The notes below the pieces were generated by a model, which was not told where the DNA came from, searched no databases, and saw nothing but the letters and a program-made list of their open reading frames with translations. A DNA stretch of 38,182 nt from Oscillospiraceae bacterium. GTDB taxonomy: Bacteria > Bacillota > Clostridia > Oscillospirales > Ruminococcaceae. Position numbers and translations under genes: made by a program. Shown one piece after another: positions 34,435-38,182 of the stretch (its first letter is position 1; every line of letters begins with the position of its first letter). The stretch covers positions 1 through 38,182 of the forward strand of contig CAAGDZ010000015.1 of assembly GCA_900768735.1 (NCBI GenBank). The letters are read 5' to 3'.

Positions 34435-35816
34435 AAACTGCCTCCTTTAGCTTGTTCAATTCTGACCTTAAGTGATTGCAAAAGACTTTCCTGCACGTCG
34501 TTTTTGTCCGACAAAGACTGTATAACATCTTCATCACGCCCGCCCTTAACAATCAAATGATGCACAATAACAGGTTGTTGCTGCCCCTGTCTGTGCAATC
34601 GTTTATTAGTCTGTTGATATTCTTCAAGGTTCCACGTCAGCCCGAACCAAATTATGTGATGCCCGCCGTCCTGCAAATTAAGACCATATCCGCACGAGGC
34701 AGGGTGTACGAGCAGTAAATCAATTTCTCCTGCATTCCAGTCGATTTTATCTTGTGCGCAGTTGTAAACGCGCACCCGGAGTTTTGTGCTGCTTAATGCA
34801 GATAACAACCTGTCGCGGTCATGATTGAAATAATAGCATACAAGCGCATGCTGACCGTTAAGGCGTTCAACTGTTTCTAAAAACGCATCTATTTTGCAAT
34901 CGTGAACAGGTACAACATTGTGTTCTTCATCATAAACTGCGCCATTACAGAGTTGCAACAGCTTTCCTGACAGCGCCGCGGCGTTTACCGCCGTTATTAT
35001 ATCCTCGTCAATTTCAAGCAGCGCCTCCCGTTCAAGCTGCTTATATGCCCGATATGCCGCTATGTCAAGGGTAACGGGAATATCTTCATATATAAGCTCC
35101 GGCAGGTCTAAATAATCGTCGGCTTTCATTGAAATACATATATCGGAAATAGCTTGCTGTATAGCAATATCCGCTCCCTCTTTCGGCGCGTAAGAAAAGA
35201 CTGTTGTGCGGTTACGCTTGTCAGGCACAAAGTACATATCGCGATATACGGATATTGTTCTGCCTAACCTCGCCCCACCGTCAAGCAGGTATATTTGCGA
35301 CCATAAATCAAGCAGCCCGTGAGGGTTCGGCGTACCCGTCAACTCGATTAGACGGTTTATCCTGCACCGAACTCTCTTTAAAGCCTTAAATCTTTTTGCC
35401 TGCGGATTTTTAAAACTGCTGCTCTCGTCAATAACAACGGTATCAAAAGGCCAGTTCCTCCCGCAATAATCTACGAGCCATTGAACATTTTCCCGGTTTA
35501 TAACATATATATCGGCGTTAGTATGTAACGCATTAATACGCTGTGCGGCGTTTCCTAATACGCTGACAATTCGTAAGCCCTGTAAATGCTCCCATTTGGA
35601 GGCCTCATTCTGCCAAGTGTCCTCAGCCACCTTTTTGGGAGCTATTACGAGTGCCTTAATCATCTGCCAGTAATATAGCTTTAAGTCGTGCAGCGCAGTA
35701 AGCGTTATTACAGTTTTACCAAGACCCATATCGACAAACAAGCCAATAGCGGCGCTGTTTATAATGCGGCTGTAACAGTATTTTTGATAGGCATACGGGA
35801 CGTATTTTTTAGGCAT
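34431..35816 (-). CDS. SNF2-family helicase
   Basis: DMGLGKT, IDESS, LTGTP, G.GLNLQ, RLHRQGQ. Confidence 0.92.
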   Translation of the reverse strand: MPKKYVPYAYQKYCYSRIINSAAIGLFVDMGLGKTVITLTALHDLKLYYWQMIKALVIAPKKVAEDTWQNEASKWEHLQGLRIVSVLGNAAQRINALHTNADIYVINRENVQWLVDYCGRNWPFDTVVIDESSSFKNPQAKRFKALKRVRCRINRLIELTGTPNPHGLLDLWSQIYLLDGGARLGRTISVYRDMYFVPDKRNRTTVFSYAPKEGADIAIQQAISDICISMKADDYLDLPELIYEDIPVTLDIAAYRAYKQLEREALLEIDEDIITAVNAAALSGKLLQLCNGAVYDEEHNVVPVHDCKIDAFLETVERLNGQHALVCYYFNHDRDRLLSALSSTKLRVRVYNCAQDKIDWNAGEIDLLLVHPASCGYGLNLQDGGHHIIWFGLTWNLEEYQQTNKRLHRQGQQQPVIVHHLIVKGGRDEDVIQSLSDKNDVQESLLQSLKVRIEQAKGGSL

Positions 35817-36111
35817 ATTTGAAAATCCTTTCATAATCGCTTATTATAATATCAACTTTTTCAAACGTATCTACGGAGCTATATACTATAAAGCCGAGCG
35901 ACCGCAAAAGCGATTGAACATATTCCTGCCGTTTCCGTTCTTTCTTTCCGGGCTTTTTCAATTCGGCAAAACAGCAGTACCCGCCCGGCAAAAGAATTAA
36001 TCTGTCCGGCATACCCGTGTAGCTCATAAGCTCAAGCTTAATGCACATTCCGCGTAAAGCTGTTATCTTGTTCTTTAGCCGCCGCTCAATATCCTTTTCT
36101 TCAAGTGCCAA
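35809..36111 (-). CDS. VRR-NUC domain nuclease
   Basis: EKDIE..G.PDR..FAELKKPG..Q PD-(D/E)xK motif. Likely TTG start at 36111 after GGGAGG. Confidence 0.88.
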   Translation of the reverse strand: MALEEKDIERRLKNKITALRGMCIKLELMSYTGMPDRLILLPGGYCCFAELKKPGKKERKRQEYVQSLLRSLGFIVYSSVDTFEKVDIIISDYERIFKYA

Positions 36112-36219
36112 TTTCAGAACCTCCCGAACTCTCGCGCGTGCGAGTGTAAAAACTGCGATTCCTGCCGCGCTCTTTTCCTTATCGTCCATAGAGTAAACAG
36201 AGCATTATTCAACCGCCTA

Positions 36220-36490
36220 TGTTACATTCACGCGCACGCGCGTATTATGTACCCGCATCAGGCGGAATAGGGAGTATAAATACTCTCTGTTCTCTCTATT
36301 CTCACTAATTTACCCTTTAATAGAGTTTTTTTGTAACATTGTAACATTTTATTAGAATTGCCGCATTTTATAAGGCTTTGCGGCTATTTTGTCTGCCGTA
36401 ACATTTTGTAACTTTGTAACACCTGCAAATGTAACATTTTTTGAATGTTACGGCATTGTTACAGCATTGTTACGCCATTTGTAACGGCAA
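36220..36490. repeat. GTAAC/GTTAC iteron-hairpin element, copy C (candidate replication origin)
   Basis: 11 GTAAC/GTTAC pentamers and a GGGAGTAT..ATACTCTC hairpin, directly downstream of the primase-helicase gene. Confidence 0.85.
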
Positions 36491-36493
36491 ATT

Positions 36494-38182
36494 TTATATT
36501 TTAATATATCCGCGCTGTACCCCATACGGACCAAAACGTAAGGGCCTGTCCGCACGTTTCCAACCGCGCATATTTGCCAAAATAGCGTTAATTTCCCGCG
36601 TGTCCATATTCTTTATATCCTTTGCGGAGCCGTGGAAAACCTCGCACCATACCTCTAATGCGCATATTCTGTCGCGCTCGACGAGATTTATTTCACCGTG
36701 AGCCGTTTGCGCCCAAAAGTCATAACGACGGTCAATAGGCCATTTAGCCCAATCATCGGGGACCTGTTTTGCAACAAAATCTAAAATCGGTCCCTCTTTA
36801 ACCGAAACCTCCCTGTGCTGTTCCTGCCGCTCCCGCGCCTGTTCTTCTATCTTATCTGTAAGATAGAGAATTTCGCCCATTTGCCACCGCGCCACAGCTT
36901 CCGCCCATACTTGGTCTATTTCACTATCAGTCAGGTCTTTAAATACACTGCGCGCAGGCTTTGATATGCCGACATCAACAGGCCAAAAGCGGCGGTTTCC
37001 CGTAGTATCTTGCAGAAAATCGGATTGATTACAGGTGCCGAAAAATACACAGCAGCGGGGCAGTTCTTTAACATTCCTGCCGTATGCCGCACGGTACCGG
37101 TCACTGCGCAGGGATAAAAATTGCTTAATTCGCGCGACGTCTGTTTTCCGAAAGGCGTCAAGTTCTGCAACCTCTACCACCCACACGCCTTGTAATAACT
37201 CGGAGGCTTCCTTGCCCTCGAAAGTACGGATTGAATCATTGAACCAACCGCGGGACATTTTATCAAGAATAGTCGATTTGCCTATGCCCTGAGGCCCACA
37301 GAGTATTAGCATATTATCGTACTTGCACCCCGGTGTCATTGCGCGGGCTACGGCGGCTGTAAACGCTTTGCGGCATACCGCGCGGTTATATTCGTTTTCC
37401 TCTGCGCCGAGATAGTCAATAAACAGCGTATCAAGACGGGGAACACCGTCCCAGTGCAGCCCGTTAAGATAATCCTGCACCTCGTTAAAAGCGTGTAAAG
37501 AAGAGTGAATATCAAGCGCAGAGTCGATTTTATCACGCCCTGTAATGCCGTAAACCCTCTCCATGTACCAATATACCCCGTTATTATCGGTATCAGCCCA
37601 CAAACGGCGCTTACTATCGTAGCACCACGGCAGGGAGCCTAATACCTCTCCGCGACCTGCAAATCTATTAAGTGCAAATTTGCCTTTTAAAAGCGAGTCG
37701 TTTTCAAGGATAATCAATAGATTATCAATAGTGGATTTTATAATACCCGTTTGGGGGTTAATCTGCAAGCGCTGTTTCCAGTCGGATTCGGGTGTATCTT
37801 CCACGGGCGAGTCGGTATCACCATTCCGATTGTTTATAATATCCACAAAATCAGTCATAGCCTGTTGTGTGCGGTCCTGTATAAGTGCGGCTGAAACAGC
37901 GGAGTCCTGTATAGCAAACTGGCACATAGCAGCATAAGAGGGCAGACGGTTGATAGGTGTATTAAAAGCTGAGCTATCGTCCATATCACCAAATTTATGC
38001 AGACGAACAAGGTCAAAAGCGTTTACTAATTTACCGCTGCACGGGTCTGTTGCATGGTGCGAATACAAGAACCGCCCGTTATCATATATTACCGCACCTC
38101 CGGCAGTAGAGCCATTAAGATAGGTATAACGGTTGCTGTCATTATCACATTGCGCATATATTCCGGGCAGAAACTCGTCCAT
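36494..38182 (-). CDS. VapE (virulence-associated E) family primase/helicase; probably 5'-truncated by the window edge
   Basis: YSHHATDP..LVNAFDLVRLH, WDGVPRL, Walker A GPQGIGKS, VEVAELD, R.AYGR..PR.CVF.GT.N, TGNRRFWP. Confidence 0.92.
   Translation of the reverse strand: MDEFLPGIYAQCDNDSNRYTYLNGSTAGGAVIYDNGRFLYSHHATDPCSGKLVNAFDLVRLHKFGDMDDSSAFNTPINRLPSYAAMCQFAIQDSAVSAALIQDRTQQAMTDFVDIINNRNGDTDSPVEDTPESDWKQRLQINPQTGIIKSTIDNLLIILENDSLLKGKFALNRFAGRGEVLGSLPWCYDSKRRLWADTDNNGVYWYMERVYGITGRDKIDSALDIHSSLHAFNEVQDYLNGLHWDGVPRLDTLFIDYLGAEENEYNRAVCRKAFTAAVARAMTPGCKYDNMLILCGPQGIGKSTILDKMSRGWFNDSIRTFEGKEASELLQGVWVVEVAELDAFRKTDVARIKQFLSLRSDRYRAAYGRNVKELPRCCVFFGTCNQSDFLQDTTGNRRFWPVDVGISKPARSVFKDLTDSEIDQVWAEAVARWQMGEILYLTDKIEEQARERQEQHREVSVKEGPILDFVAKQVPDDWAKWPIDRRYDFWAQTAHGEINLVERDRICALEVWCEVFHGSAKDIKNMDTREINAILANMRGWKRADRPLRFGPYGVQRGYIKI

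Overview
About 38 kb of a temperate, long-tailed (siphovirus-like) phage from a low-GC Gram-positive, probably clostridial, host. The host assignment is inferred from the strong GGAGG ribosome-binding sites, sigmaA promoters and A118/SPP1-type head genes. Almost all genes are on the minus strand. From right to left they are: VapE primase-helicase, VRR-NUC, SNF2 helicase, late activator, DUF4417, a papain-fold toxin with a candidate immunity gene, terminases, a moron (lipoprotein, RHH regulator, Bro-N antirepressor), portal/head/tail, lysis, and an accessory operon. That operon converges on the 3' end of a large serine recombinase. The main result is a complete diversity-generating retroelement (DGR: target gene, avd, TR, RT). 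Its single template repeat (8837-8970) matches two variable repeats with adenine-only mismatches: VR1 in the adjacent tail-region gene (9527-9660) and VR2 in a remote, apparently non-structural gene 8.3 kb away (488-595). Both VRs are followed by the same GC hairpin. Other unexplained structure includes three dispersed co-oriented copies of a ~250-bp GTAAC/GTTAC iteron-plus-hairpin element, a -1 frameshift adding an Ig/cadherin-like domain to the capsid protein, a shared NGxL peptide motif in three tail proteins, a P22 immI-like antisense module, a likely attP inside the integrase gene, and several structured RNA leaders. All family names come from motif recognition by eye; no database search was run.
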